DNA of 64,000 bases from Veleropilina oligotropha. Lineage: Eukaryota. The stretch lies in NCBI GenBank assembly GCA_048128005.1, contig JBEUKZ010000018.1, forward strand, positions 62,001 through 126,000, in the 5' to 3' direction. A program made the translations under genes and the position numbers. The notes below the pieces were generated by a model, which did not search any database, was not told where the DNA came from, and saw only the letters and a program-made list of their open reading frames with translations. Below are positions 34,901 through 48,900 of this stretch, piece after piece (the first letter of the stretch is position 1; each line of letters opens with the position of its first letter).

Positions 34901-37900
34901 ACTGTAGGAAACACCAACAGTTATGGACACCTGCAACTGTAGGAAACACCAACAGTTATGGACACCTGCAACTGTAGGAAACACCAACAGTTATGGACAA
35001 CTGCAACTGTAGGAAACACCAACAGTTATGGACAACTGCAACTGGAGGAAACACCAACAGTTATGGACACCTGCAACTGTAGGAAACACCAACAGTTATG
35101 GACAACTGCAACTGGAGGAAACACCAACAGTTATGGACAACTGCAACTGGAGGAAACACCAACAGTTATGGACAACTGCAACTGTAGGAAACACCAACAG
35201 TTATGGACACCTGCAACTGTAGGAAACACCAACAGTTATGGACACCTGCAACTGTAGGAAACACCAACAGTTATGGACACCTGCAACTGTAGGAAACACC
35301 AACAGTTATGGACACCTGCAACTGTAGGAAACACCAACAGTTATGGACAACTGCAACTGGAGGAAACACCAACAGTTATGGACAACTGCAACTGGAGGAA
35401 ACACCAACAGTTATGGACAACTGCAACTGTAGGAAACACCAACAGTTATGGACACCTGCAACTGTAGGAAACACCAACAGTTATGAACAACTGCAACTGT
35501 AGGAAACACCAACAGTTATGGACACCTGCAACTGTAGGAAACACCAACAGTTATGGACACCTGCAACTGTAGGAAACACCAACAGTTATGGACAACTGTA
35601 GGAAACACCAACAGTTATGGACAACTGCAACTGTAGGAAACACCAACAGTTATGGACACCTGCAACTGTAGGAAACACCAACAGTTATGGACACCTGCAA
35701 CTGTAGGAAACACCAACAGTTATGGACAACTGCAACTGTAGGAAACACCAACAGTTATGGACACCTGCAACTGTAGGAAACACCAACAGTTATGGACACC
35801 TGCAACTGTAGGAAACACCAACAGTTATGGACACCTGCAACTGTAGGAAACACCAACAGTTATGGACACCTGCAACTGTAGGAAACACCAACAGTTATGG
35901 ACACCTGCAACTGTAGGAAACACCAACAGTTATGGACAACTGCAACTGGAGGAAACACCAACAGTTATGGACAACTGCAACTGTAGGAAACACCAACAGT
36001 TATGGACACCTGCAACTGTAGGAAACACCAACAGTTATGGACACCTGCAACTGTAGGAAACACCAACAGTTATGGACAACTGTAGGAAACACCAACAGTT
36101 ATGGACACCTGCAACTGTAGGAAACACCAACAGTTATGGACAACTGTAGGAAACACCAACAGTTATGAACAACTGCAACTGTAGGAAACACCAACAGTTA
36201 TGGACACCTGCAACTGTAGGAAACACCAACAGTTATGAACAACTGCAACTGTAGGAAACACCAACAGTTATGAACAACTGCAACTGTAGGAAACACCAAC
36301 AGTTATGGACACCTGCAACTGTAGGAAACACCAACAGTTATGGACAACTGTAGGAAACACCAACAGTTATGGACAACTGCAACTGTAGGAAACACCAACA
36401 GTTATGAACAACTGCAACTGTAGGAAACACCAACAGTTATGGACACCTGCAACTGTAGGAAACACCAACAGTTATGAACAACTGCAACTGTAGGAAACAC
36501 CAACAGTTATGGACACCTGCAACTGTAGGAAACACCAACAGTTATGGACAACTGCAACTGTAGGAAACACCAACAGTTATGAACAACTGCAACTGTAGGA
36601 AACACCAACAGTTATGGACACCTGCAACTGTAGGAAACACCAACAGTTATGAACAACTGCAACTGTAGGAAACACCAACAGTTATGGACAACTGCAACTG
36701 TAGGAAACACCAACAGTTATGAACAACTGCAACTGTAGGAAACACCAACAGTTATGGACACCTGCAACTGTAGGAAACACCAACAGTTATGAACAACTGC
36801 AACTGTAGGAAACACCAACAGTTATGGACAACTGCAACTGTAGGAAACACCAACAGTTATGGACACCTGCAACTGTAGGAAACACCAACAGTTATGAACA
36901 ACTGCAACTGTAGGAAACACCAACAGTTATGGACACCTGCAACTGTAGGAAACACCAACAGTTATGAACAACTGCAACTGTAGGAAACACCAACAGTTAT
37001 GGACAACTGCAACTGTAGGAAACACCAACAGTTATGAACAACTGCAACTGTAGGAAACACCAACAGTTATGGACAACTGCAGCTGTAGGAAACACCAACA
37101 GTTATGGACACCTGCAACTGTAGGAAACACCAACAGTTATGGACAACTGCAACTGTAGGAAACACCAACAGTTATGGACAACTACAACTGTAGGAAACAC
37201 CAACAGTTATGGACAACTGCAACTGGAGGAAACACCAACAGTTATGAACAACTGCAACTGTAGGAAACACCAACAGTTATGAACAACTGGAGGAAACACC
37301 AACAGTTATGAACAACTGCAACTGTAGGAAACACCAACAGTTATGGACAACTACAACTGTAGGAAACACCAACAGTTATGGACACCTGCAACTGTAGGAA
37401 ACACCAACAGTTATGGACAACTGCAACTGTAGGAAACACCAACAGTTATGGACAACTGTAGGAAACACCAACAGTTATGGGCAACTGTAGGAAACACCAA
37501 CAGTTATGAACAACTACAACTGTAGGAAACACCAACAGTTATGGACAACTGCAACTGTAGGAAACACCAACAGTTATGGACAACTGCAACTGTAGGAAAC
37601 ACCAACAGTTATGGACACCTGCAACTGTAGGAAACACCAACAGTTATGGACACCTGCAACTGTAGGAAACACCAACAGTTATGAACAACTGCAACTGTAG
37701 GAAACACCAACAGTTATGGACAACTGTAGGAAACACCAACAGTTATGGACACCTGCAACTGTAGGAAACACCAACAGTTATGGACACCTGCAACTGTAGG
37801 AAACACCAACAGTTATGGACAACTGCAACTGCAGGAAACACCAACAGTTATGGACACCTGCAACTGTAGGAAACACCAACAGTTATGGACACCTGCAACT

Positions 37901-38778
37901 GTAGGAAACACCAACAGTTATGGACAACTGCAACTGTAGAAAACACCAACAGTTATGGACACCTGCAACTGTAGGAAACACCAACAGTTATGGACAACTG
38001 CAACTGGAGGAAACACCAACAGTTATGGACACCTGCAACTGTCGGAAACACCAACAGTTATGGACAACTGCAACTGTAGGAAACACCAACAGTTATGGAC
38101 AACTGCAACTGTAGGAAACACCAACAGTTATGGACAACTACAACTGTAGGAAACACCAACAGTTATGGACAACTGCAACTGTAGGAAACACCAACAGTTA
38201 TGGACAACTACAACTGTAGGAAACACCAACAGTTATGGACAACTGCAACTGGAGGAAACACCAACAGTTATGGACAACTACAACTGTAGGAAACACCAAC
38301 AGTTATGGACAACTGCAACTGGAGGAAACACCAACAGTTATGGACACCTGCAACTGTAGGAAACACCAACAGTTATGGACAACTGCAACTGTAGGAAACA
38401 CCAACAGTTATGGACACCTGCAACTGTAGGAAACACCAACAGTTATGGACACCTGCAACTGGAGGAAACACCAACAGTTATGGACACCTGCAACTGTAGG
38501 AAACACCAACAGTTATGGACAACTGCAACTGTAGGAAACACCAACAGTTATGGACAACTGCAACTGTAGGAAACACCAACAGTTATGGACACCTGCAACT
38601 GTAGGAAACACCAACAGTTATGGACAACTACAACTGTAGGAAACACCAACAGTTATGGACAACTGCAACTGTAGGAAACACCAACAGTTATGGACAACTG
38701 CAACTGTAGGAAACACCAACAGTTATGGACACCTGCAACTGTAGGAAACACCAACAGTTATGGACAACTGCAACTGGA
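31908..38778. repeat. 35-bp satellite (ggaaacaccaacagttatggacaactgcaactgta), ~197 copies, some 29-bp deletion variants
   Basis: Continuous tandem array. Confidence 0.99.
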
Positions 38779-38872
38779 ACTTGAACAAAGTGCCCAGGCG
38801 AGGATTCGAACTAATCAAGCACCTGTTAATGAGTGCGGTTGGGTACGTGACTGTTGAGCCATACTCGTATCC
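38779..38872 (-). mobile_element. tRNA-derived SINE head whose body runs into the 35-bp satellite (tail remnant ~31895-31910)
   Basis: Minus strand: tggctcaacag (A-box-like, 38861-38851), gttcgaatcc (B-box, 38811-38802), then ctgggcactttgttcaagttcc into the array; cctgggacgtac at the far end. Confidence 0.7.
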
Positions 38873-38896
38873 TGTATCCAATATCCTACCGGGAGG

Positions 38897-41317
38897 CATC
38901 TAGAGGGTTTAGGATACACATTCATGAACAGGTGCAGCATCTAGAGGGTTTAGGATACACATTCATGAACAGGTGCAGCATCTAGAGGGTTTAGGATACA
39001 CATTCATGAACAGGTGCAGCATCTAGAGGGTTTAGGATACACATTCATGAACAGGTGCAGCATCTAGAGGGTTTAGGATACACATTCATGAACAGGTGCA
39101 GCATCTAGAGGGTTTAGGATACACATTCATGAACAGGTGCAGCATCTAGAGGGTTTAGGATACACATTCATGAACAGGTGCAGCATCTAGAGGGTTTAGG
39201 ATACACATTCATGAACAGGTGCAGCATCTAGAGGGTTTAGGATACACATTCATGAACAGGTGCACCATCTAGAGGGTTTAGGATACACATTCATGAACAG
39301 GTGCAGCATCTAGAGGGTTTAGGGTACACATTCATGAACAGGTGCAGCATCTAGAGGGTTTAGGATACACATTCATGAACAGGTGCAGCATCTAGACGGT
39401 TTAGGATACACATTCATGAACAGGTGCAGCATCTAGAGGGTTTAGGATACACATTCATGAACAGGTGCAGCATCTAGAGGGTTTAGGATACACATTCATG
39501 AACAGGTGCAGCATCTAGAGGGTTTAGGATACACATTCATGAACAGGTGCAGCATCTCGAGGGTTTAGGATACACATTCATGAACAGGTGCAGCATCTAT
39601 AGGGTTTAGGATACACATTCATGAACAGATGCAGCATCTCGAGGGTTTAGGATACACATTCATGAACAGGTGCAGCATCTAGAGGGTTTAGGATACACAT
39701 TCATGAACAGGTGCAGCATCTAGAGGGTTTAGGATACACATTCATGAACAGGTGCAGCATCTAGAGGGTTTAGGATACACATTCATGAACAGGTGCAGCA
39801 TCTAGAGGGTTTAGGATACACATTCATGAACAGGTGCAGCATCTCGAGGGTTTAGGATACACATTCATGAACAGGTGCAGCATCTAGAGGGTTTAAGATA
39901 CACATTCATGAACAGGTGCAGCATCTAGAGGGTTTAGGATACACATTCATGAACAGGTGCAGCATCTAGAGGGTTTAGGATACACATTCATGAACAGGTG
40001 CAGCATCTAGAGTGTGTAGGATACACATTCATGAACAGGTGCAGCATCTAGAGGGTTTAGGATACACATTCATGAACAGGTGCAGCATCTAGAGGGTTTA
40101 GGATACACATTCATGAACAGGTGCAGCATCTAGAGGGTTTAGGATACACATTCATGAACAGGTGCAGCATCTAGAGGGTTTAGGATACACATTCAGGAAC
40201 AGGTGCAGCATCTAGAGGGTTTATGATACACATTCATGAACAGGTGCAGCATCTAGAGGGTTTAGGATACACATTCATGAACAGGTGCAGCATCTAGAGG
40301 GTTTAGGATACACATTCATGAACAGGTGCAGCATCTAGAGGGTTTAGGATACACATTCATGAACAGGTGCAGCATCTAGAGGGTTTAGGATACACATTCA
40401 TGAACAGGTGCAGCATCTAGAGGGTTTAGGATACACATTCATGAACAGGTGCAGCATCTAGAGGGTTTAGGATACACATTCATGAACAGGTGCAGCATCT
40501 CGAGGGTTTAGGATACACATTCATGAACAGGTGCAGCATCTAGAGGGTTTAGGATACACATTCATGAACAGGTGCAGCATCTAGAGGGTTTAGGATACAC
40601 ATTCATGAACAGGTGCAGCATCTAGAGGGTTTAGGATACACATTCATGAACAGGTGCAGCATCTCGAGGGTTTAGGATACACATTCATGAACAGGTGCAG
40701 CATCTAGAGGGTTTAAGATACACATTCATGAACAGGTGCAGCATCTAGAGGGTTTAGGATACACATTCATGAACAGGTGCAGCATCTAGAGGGTTTAGGA
40801 TACACATTCATGAACAGGTGCAGCATCTAGAGGGTTTAGGATACACATTCATGAACAGGTGCAGCATCTAGAGGGTTTAGGATACACATTCATGAACAGG
40901 TGCAACATCTAGAGGGTTTAGGATACACATTCATGAACAGGTGCAGCATCTAGAGGGTTTAGGATACACATTCATGAACAGGTGCAGCATCTAGAGGGTT
41001 TAGGATACACATTCATGAACAGGTGCAGCATCTAGAGGGTTTAGGATACACATTCATGAACAGGTGCAGCATCTAGAGGGTTTAGGATACACATTCATGA
41101 ACAGGTGCAGCATCTAGAGGGTTTAGGATACACATTCATGAACAGGTGCAGCATCTAGAGGGTTTAGGATACACATTCATGAACAGGTGCAGCATCTAGA
41201 GGGTTTAGGATACACATTCATGAACAGGTGCAGCATCTAGAGCATTTAGGATACACATTCATGAACAGGTGCAGCATCTAGAGGGTTTAGGATACACATT
41301 CATGAACAGGTGCAGCA
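38897..41317. repeat. 41-bp satellite (gcatctagagggtttaggatacacattcatgaacaggtgca), ~59 copies
   Basis: Period 41 (38900 to 38941), very homogeneous. Confidence 0.99.
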
Positions 41318-42807
41318 TTTATGACAAAACGAGAGCTGCGCCACCAGCCGCTCCTACGTCCACCCGTAACATAGCGTGATGGAGGGATTCAAGATTTAAG
41401 TATTAGATATGTTGAAGAAAGTTGTTTGCAGTTATAGTTTACTAAACTTCAGCACATGCATTCGAGAAACGAATAAAAAAATTACATTAATGTTTCTTAA
41501 CATTACGGTCACTGCTGTTGATGCTTTTGTCTTGAATCTTGTTGACATAAGTAACACTCACCATTATTTGTAAGTGATATATATCGGAACTTTAGAGGCA
41601 GCATTTTAAATTTAAGTATGTACCTGTTATGTTTATGCATAATCTTTATATATAACTTATCTATATAAGTATAAATTAGTCACTCCTGTCTAGGTCAAGT
41701 TAATCTTGAAAACCATGATGTTACAATCCATGCATAAACTTAACTGGTACGTACTTAAATTGTCATATTAAAGGTCGACCAAGCTGTATTCCGAACACTT
41801 GTGTGATGTTGTGTGCTCTCTTGTCCGTGCTGAATAGCACATATATCGGTCTTTCATAATCTAAGTCCCATTACATTTATTTTTGCATTTATGCTTAATT
41901 TATAATCACTGATTATTCTGTTTAATATCTTCGTGACGACGTAAAATGTTAAAATGGTAGTATTCGTCATTGATGTACTGTATGTGTTTGGAGGGATGTG
42001 TATTAAACTGTATTGTATATAATATAAACTCTTTTGTTGCCGTGGACAAGGTGTCAAGTGACGGTGTGTCATGTGCATCTCTGTTTCCCCTCGTTGGCGA
42101 CACCCAAGCAAACGCGTACTTGAGGAATCATGGGACTCTCATTTGCATCAGCATTAATGAAGCACCACGCTGCTGAAGTAAGAGGTGTCAGACGAAGTTT
42201 ATATTAAAAACACTAAACGTGCAGCTATAATACCACCGCAAGGAATGGGGTCAAATGCACGATCCATCTTCAACGGCTCCACCTTGTGAATTGAGTGATT
42301 GCATGACATGGTACAGGACAAGAATCAAATTTTGACGTGCTATATTATACAGATCTGCTTTGTGTATTTGCGGCTTTAAGTATTTAATTTTATTATTGTT
42401 TTTAAAACATGCTGCACATTATGCATTTAAGATTACTTATCAATGATCATACTGCATATCTTAGATGCATTTTATCGCTTTGTTGTGCATATTTTTATTT
42501 TACTTAATTTTTATACTTGTAGTTAATTTTTATACTTGTACTCTTATTGTAATTTTCATTGTAGTATGAAAGTATTTTGATTGTGAATATTAACATGGCA
42601 TTTAATTACTGTAACAGTTACTTCTCAACATTATCATCCATCTAGCTTTGTTTTTATGTGAGGTCAACAATAATATCTATTTGGTTTATGACACTTTTAT
42701 CGTGTTTAATTCTTCTGAAGAGTGGTCTGATGGATGCAAGATTTTCATGCCTGACTAGAACATTAAGTACAACTTTGTTTTCTGACCGTGACAGCGTCTC
42801 ATATTTT

Positions 42808-43875
42808 TGTTAGTCCCGTCCGTCAGTACGAGTTTGTTAGCGCGATATCTCACGACTGAATTTCATTTATGTTTGGTGGATAGATACCTTTGGGGATTCC
42901 GCCGACACCAGTCGATTATGGTGACCTTGACCTCATTTTCAAGGTCACAGGGTGCACTTGACCATTTCGCTCATTCAATTGTTGTTAGCGCGATATCTCA
43001 AGACTGAATGAACCGATTTCATTTATATTTGGTGGATAGATACCATTGGGGATTCCACCGACACCAGTCGATTATGGTGACCTTGACCTCATTTTCAAGG
43101 TCACAGGGTGCACTTCACTATTTCGCTCAATCAATTGTTGTTAGTGCGATATCTCGACAGAATTAGCTGATTTCTTTTAAATTTGGTGGATAGATACCTT
43201 TGGAGATACCACCGACACCAGTCAATTGTGGAGACGTTGACCTCATTTTTAATGTCACGGGGTGTGCGCTTGACTATTTCGCTCATTCAATTGTTATTAG
43301 CATGATATCTCAAGACAGAATGAACCATTTTCCTTTATATTAGATCGATAGATGCATTGAAGACTACCGCCGACCCCAGTCGATTATGGTCACCTTCACC
43401 TCATTATCAAGGTCACATGATGCACTACTATTTTGCTCATTCAGTTGTTGTTAGGATGATATCTCGAGACAGAATAAACTGATTTAATTTATATTTGGAG
43501 GATAGATGCATTTGGGAATAGCGCCGACCCCAGACGATTATGGTGACCTTGACCTCCTATTCAAGGTCAGTTTTTTTATCGTGATATCTCAAAACGGAAT
43601 GAACCGATGTCATTTATATTTGGTGGATAGATGCATTGAGGGATACCGCCGACCCCAGTCCATTGTGGTGACCTTGACCTCATTTTAAAGGTCACAGGAT
43701 GCAGTTTACTCTTTTGCTCATTCAGTTGTTGTTAGCGCGATATCTCAATAGATCCCATTTCACCACATTTCTCCTGTCACAGGATGCTCGTTACTGATAC
43801 TTTCATTTTGGCATCATAGATGCGCTTGATGACATAAGCGGGGGACTATTGCCACTTTAGTGGCAAACACTTGTT
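42808..43875 (+). mobile_element. HINE/Helentron-like element with ~150-bp internal tandem repeats (~6)
   Basis: tagtcccg at the 5' end, cgggggacta subterminal, 3' hairpin ttgccact-tt-agtggcaa then cttgtt; repeated gttagcgcgatatctc...ggtgaccttgacctcattttcaaggtcac. Confidence 0.8.
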
Positions 43876-44839
43876 ATGCAGGCATTTATAACATGTGTGA
43901 TGCAATTTCTTCATCAATTTTCTAATACAATAGATGAGGAGGGGGGTACATGACTGAGCGTCTTGGGTTCGACACCGGGCTTGCTTGGGATTTACATGAA
44001 CATCTCCAATTCACAGTTTATTTCTTTTCATCGTCCAAGGCAAGGTTGAATGATCTGATTAAGGATAAGCAATTCTTACATTAAACATTTCATCCAGAGA
44101 CTTGCCACGAGCGTGATAGTTGACCAATAGGACTCCTAGACCAGTGTCAATTCCTCCTCCTTTGTTCATCCCAAACAATGGGTTGTCACTGGCCAGCGAC
44201 AAAGGATTTGACTGTTGCCAGCGCCACTTCAGTGGAAGATTCGACTCTCATATTAAGCTGATGCGGCTATTATGGTGGGAATTTCCATGATTTAAGATGT
44301 TACAGCTTGCAATTTACAATAGATTTGCATGGTGTGTATGATGGATAATACACTGACACCCCTTGGTGATATCTACATAAAGGCTCTTGCTGTTGCTCGA
44401 TGCTTTGTTGATATCACTTGGGCTAGCAGTGTATTACCTATTACATGACATGTACCAACTGTAACATGGTTGGGTGGTCTTAGAGCGTCATGGAGGTGTC
44501 ATTGTTTTCATCCATAAATGTAGTTTAAACATTGCGTTGTATTTATTATTCATAACAATTTTGTCTTTTGTAATTTTGCTGTTTATTGCAGTATTTGACT
44601 TTTGTTTTAGAAAGTGTGACCATAATCAACCAGTTCTGGCTTTACATATTCATTTACGATGATGCAATATGTTTTGTTTCGTTTTGCTTTGCTGCAAGTA
44701 TTAATTGTTATATCAAATTGATTCATAATGACTTTGTGTATGATAATTTGTTAATGGAAATAAAACTAAATAACTAAACAGGATATATCTGTTATCTTTA
44801 GAAATATAGTGTCATCTTGTTTAACATGCATTATGCTAC

Positions 44840-45035
44840 TGGCAGCCGAGTGGCTGCTCCGACTAACGGGGATGCGCTCGAACCACGATTAGGACTTCTT
44901 TTTCTGTTTAGTTTGGACTCACTGTTACCCATAAAGGGCTGGAGAGCAGATTTTTCCAGGATTTCCTCCTGAAATTATATGACCATGTCCTGGTTGGAAT
45001 CTGAATGGAGTTAAAACAGAACATTAAGCATCGAT
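44840..45035 (+). mobile_element. Degenerate SINE
   Basis: gccgagtgg, gctcgaacc, core-like tttttccaggatttcctcctg, tail gagttaaaacagaacattaagcatcgatcc. Confidence 0.5.
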
Positions 45036-45641
45036 CCAATACATTATGCATCCAATACATTCAGCATCCAATACATTATGCATCCAATACATTAAGCATC
45101 CAATACATTATGCATCCAATACATTATGCATCCAATACATTAAGCATCCAATACATTATGCATCCAATACATTCAGCATCCAATACATTAAGCATCCAAT
45201 ACATTATGCATCCAATACATTATGCATCCAATACATTATGCATCCAATACTTTAAGCATCCAATACATTATGCATCCAATACATTATGCATCCAATACAT
45301 TCAGCATCCAATACATTATGCATCCAATACATTATGCATCCAATACATTATGCATCCAATACATTATGCATCCAATACATTCAGCATCCAATACATTAAG
45401 CATCCAATACATTATGCATCCAATACATTATGCATCCAATACATTATGCATCCAATACATTCAGCATCCAATACATTATGCATCCAATACATTATGCATC
45501 CAATACATTATGCATCCAATACATTAAGCATCCAATACATTATGCATCCAATACATTATGCATCCAATACATTCAGCATCCAATACATTCAGCATCCAAT
45601 ACATTCAGCATCCAATACATTATGCATCCAATACATTATGC
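45020..45641. repeat. 16-bp minisatellite (catccaatacatt[at/ca/aa]g), ~38 copies
   Basis: Tandem copies with three variants at one dinucleotide. Confidence 0.98.
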
Positions 45642-45920
45642 TTTGGACAACGGTTCTGGCTTTGCTTAAGAAAGGCATTACCGAAAGAAATGTTTCTCAC
45701 AGACTTTGGTAGCGGTACCCAGCAACAAAATCTAGAGAGGATTGATATGGCACCAATACATGTCTACATCAATGCACAATCGCTGCATGCCGATAATGTG
45801 ACAATTTGTGAAATGTGATCTTTATTGTTTGGAAAAAACACAATTGTATGAGCGCCATTAATTGGTGCTGTCTACAGACCGGTCCGATGTGATAGTTGTT
45901 CATGTGCAGGTAGACTTTCC

Positions 45921-48900
45921 CCCTGAAGGATGTTACATTGGGGCATATAACATGGTCTGGTATGAGCCTGAGGGATGTTACATTGGGGCATATAACATGT
46001 TCTGGTACGACCCTGAAGGATGTTACATTGGGGCATATAACATGTTCTGGTATGACCCTGAAGGATGTTACATTGGGGCATATAACATGTTCTGGTATGA
46101 CCCTGAAGGATGTTACATTGGGGCATATAACATGTTCTGGTATGACCCCGAGGGATGTTACATTGGGGCATATAACATGTTCTGGTATGACCCTGAAGGA
46201 TGTTACATTGGGGCATATAACATGGTCTGGTATGACCCTGAAGGATGTTACATTGGGGCATATAACATGGTCTGGTACGACCCTGAGGGATGTTACATTG
46301 GGGCATATAACATGTTCTGGTATGACCCTGAAGGATGTTACATTGGGGCATATAACATGGTCTGGTATGACCCCGAGGGATGTTACATTGGGGCATATAA
46401 CATGTTCTGGTATGACCATGAAGGATGTTACATTGGGGCATATAACATGTTCTGGTATGACCCTGAAGGATGTTACATTGGGGCATATAACATGTTCTGG
46501 TATGACCCTGAGGGATGTTACATTGGGGCATATAACATGTTCTGGTATGACCCTGTAGGATGTTACATTGGGGCATATAACATGGTCTGGTATGACCCTG
46601 AGGGATGTTACATTGGGGCATATAACATGTTCTGGTATGACCCTGAAGGACGTAACATTGGGGCATATAACATGTTCTGGTATGACCCCGAGGGATGTTA
46701 CATTGGGGCGTATAACATGTTCTGGTATGACCCTGAAGGATGTTACATTGGGGCATATAACATGTTCTGGTATGACCCTGAAGGATGCTACATTGGGGCA
46801 TATAACATGTTCTGGTATGAACCTGAAGGATGTTACATTGGGGCATATAACATGTTCTGGTATGACCCTGCAGGATGTAACATTGGGGCATATAACATGG
46901 TCTGGTATGACCCTGAAGGATGTTACATTGGGGCATATAACATGTTCTGGTATGACCCTGAGGGATGTTACATTGGGGCATATAACATGTTCTGGTATGA
47001 CCCTGAAGGATGTAACATTGGGGCATATAACATGTTCTGGTATGACCCTGAAGGATTTTACATTGGGTCATATAACATGTTCTGGTATGACCCTGAAGGA
47101 TGTTACATTGGGGCATATAACATGTTCTGGTATGTTCCTGACGGATGTTACATTGGGGCATATAACATGTTCTGGTATGTTCCTGACGGATGTTACATTG
47201 GGGCATATAACATGTTCTGGTATGTTCCTGACGGATGTTACATTGGGGCATATAACATGTTCTGGTATGACCCTGAAGGATGTTACATCGGGGCATATAA
47301 CATGTTCTGGTATGACCCTGAATGATGTTACATTGGGGCATATAACATGTTCTGGTATGACCCTGAAGGATGTTACATTGGGGCATATAACGTGGTCTGG
47401 TATGACCCTGAAGGATGTTACATTGGGGCATATAACATGTTCTGGTATTACCCTGAAGGATGTTACATTGGGGCATATAACATGTTCTGGTATGACCCTG
47501 AAGGATGTTACATTGGGGCATATAACATGTTCTGGTATGACCCTGAAGGATGTTACATTGGGGCATATAACATGTTCTGGTATGACCCCGAAGGATGTTA
47601 CATTGGGGCATATAACATGTTCTGGTATTACCCTGAAGGATGTTACATTGGGGCATATAACATGGTCTGGTTTGAGCCTGAAGGATGTTACATTGGGGCA
47701 TATAACATGGTCTGGTATGACCCTGAAGGATGTTACATTGGGGCATATAACATGTTCTGGTATGACCCCGAAGGATGTTACATTGGGGCATATAACATGT
47801 TCTGGTATGTTCCTGAAGGATGTTACATTGGGGCATATAACATGTTCTGGTATGACCCCGAAGGATGTTACATTGGGGCATATAACATGTTCTGGTATGA
47901 CCCTGAAGGATGTTACATTGGGGCATATAACGTGGTCTGGTATGACCCCGAAGGAGGTTACATTGGGGCATATAACATGGTCTGGTATGACCTTGAAGGA
48001 TGTTACATTGGGGCATATAACATGTTCTGGTATGACGCTGAAGGATGTTACATTGGGGCATATAACATGTTCTGGTATGACCCCGAAGGATGTTACATTG
48101 GGGCATATAACATGTTCTGGTATGTTCCTGAAGGATGTTACATTGGGGCATATAACATGTTCTGGTATGACCCCGAAGGATGTTACATTGGGGCATATAA
48201 CATGTTCTGGTATGACCCTGAAGGATCTAACATTGGGGCATATAACATGTTCTGGTATGACCCTGAAGGATGTTACATTGGGGCATATAACATGTTCTGG
48301 TATGATCCTGAGGGATGCTACATTGGGGCATATAACATGTTCTGGTATGACCCTGAAGGATGCTACATTGGGGCATATAACATGTTCTGGTTGACCCTGA
48401 AGGATGTTACATTGGGGCATATAACATGGTCTGGTATGACGCTGAATGATGTTACATTGGGTCATATAACATGTTCTGGTATGACCCTGAAGGATGTTAC
48501 ATTGGGGCATATAACATGTTCTGGTATGACCCTGAAGGATGTTACATTGGGGCATATAACGTGGTCTGGTATGACCCGGATGGATGTTACATTGGGGCAT
48601 ATAACATGGTCTGGTATGACCCCGTGGGATGTTACATTGGGGCATATAACGTGGTCTGGTATGACCCTGAGGGATGTTACATTGGGGCATATAACGTGGT
48701 CTGGTATGACCCTGAGGGATGTTACATTGGGGCATATAACATGGTCTGGTATGACCCCGCGGGATGTTACATTGGGGCATATAACATGTTCTCGTATGAC
48801 CCTGAAGGATGTTACATTGGGGCATATAACATGGTCTGGTATGACCCTGCCGGATGTTACATTGGGGCATATAACATGGTCTGGTATGACCCTGAAGGAT

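Noticed and set aside
38779..38872. tRNA gene
   Set aside because: Has A/B boxes but no cloverleaf or acceptor stem; better explained as a SINE head.
31908..41317. CRISPR-like appearance of the 35- and 41-bp repeats
   Set aside because: Head-to-tail repeats with no unique spacers, no cas genes, and a eukaryotic context.
38897..41317. Telomere-like gggtttagg in the 41-mer
   Set aside because: A single motif per unit, not tandem TTAGGG or TTTAGGG.
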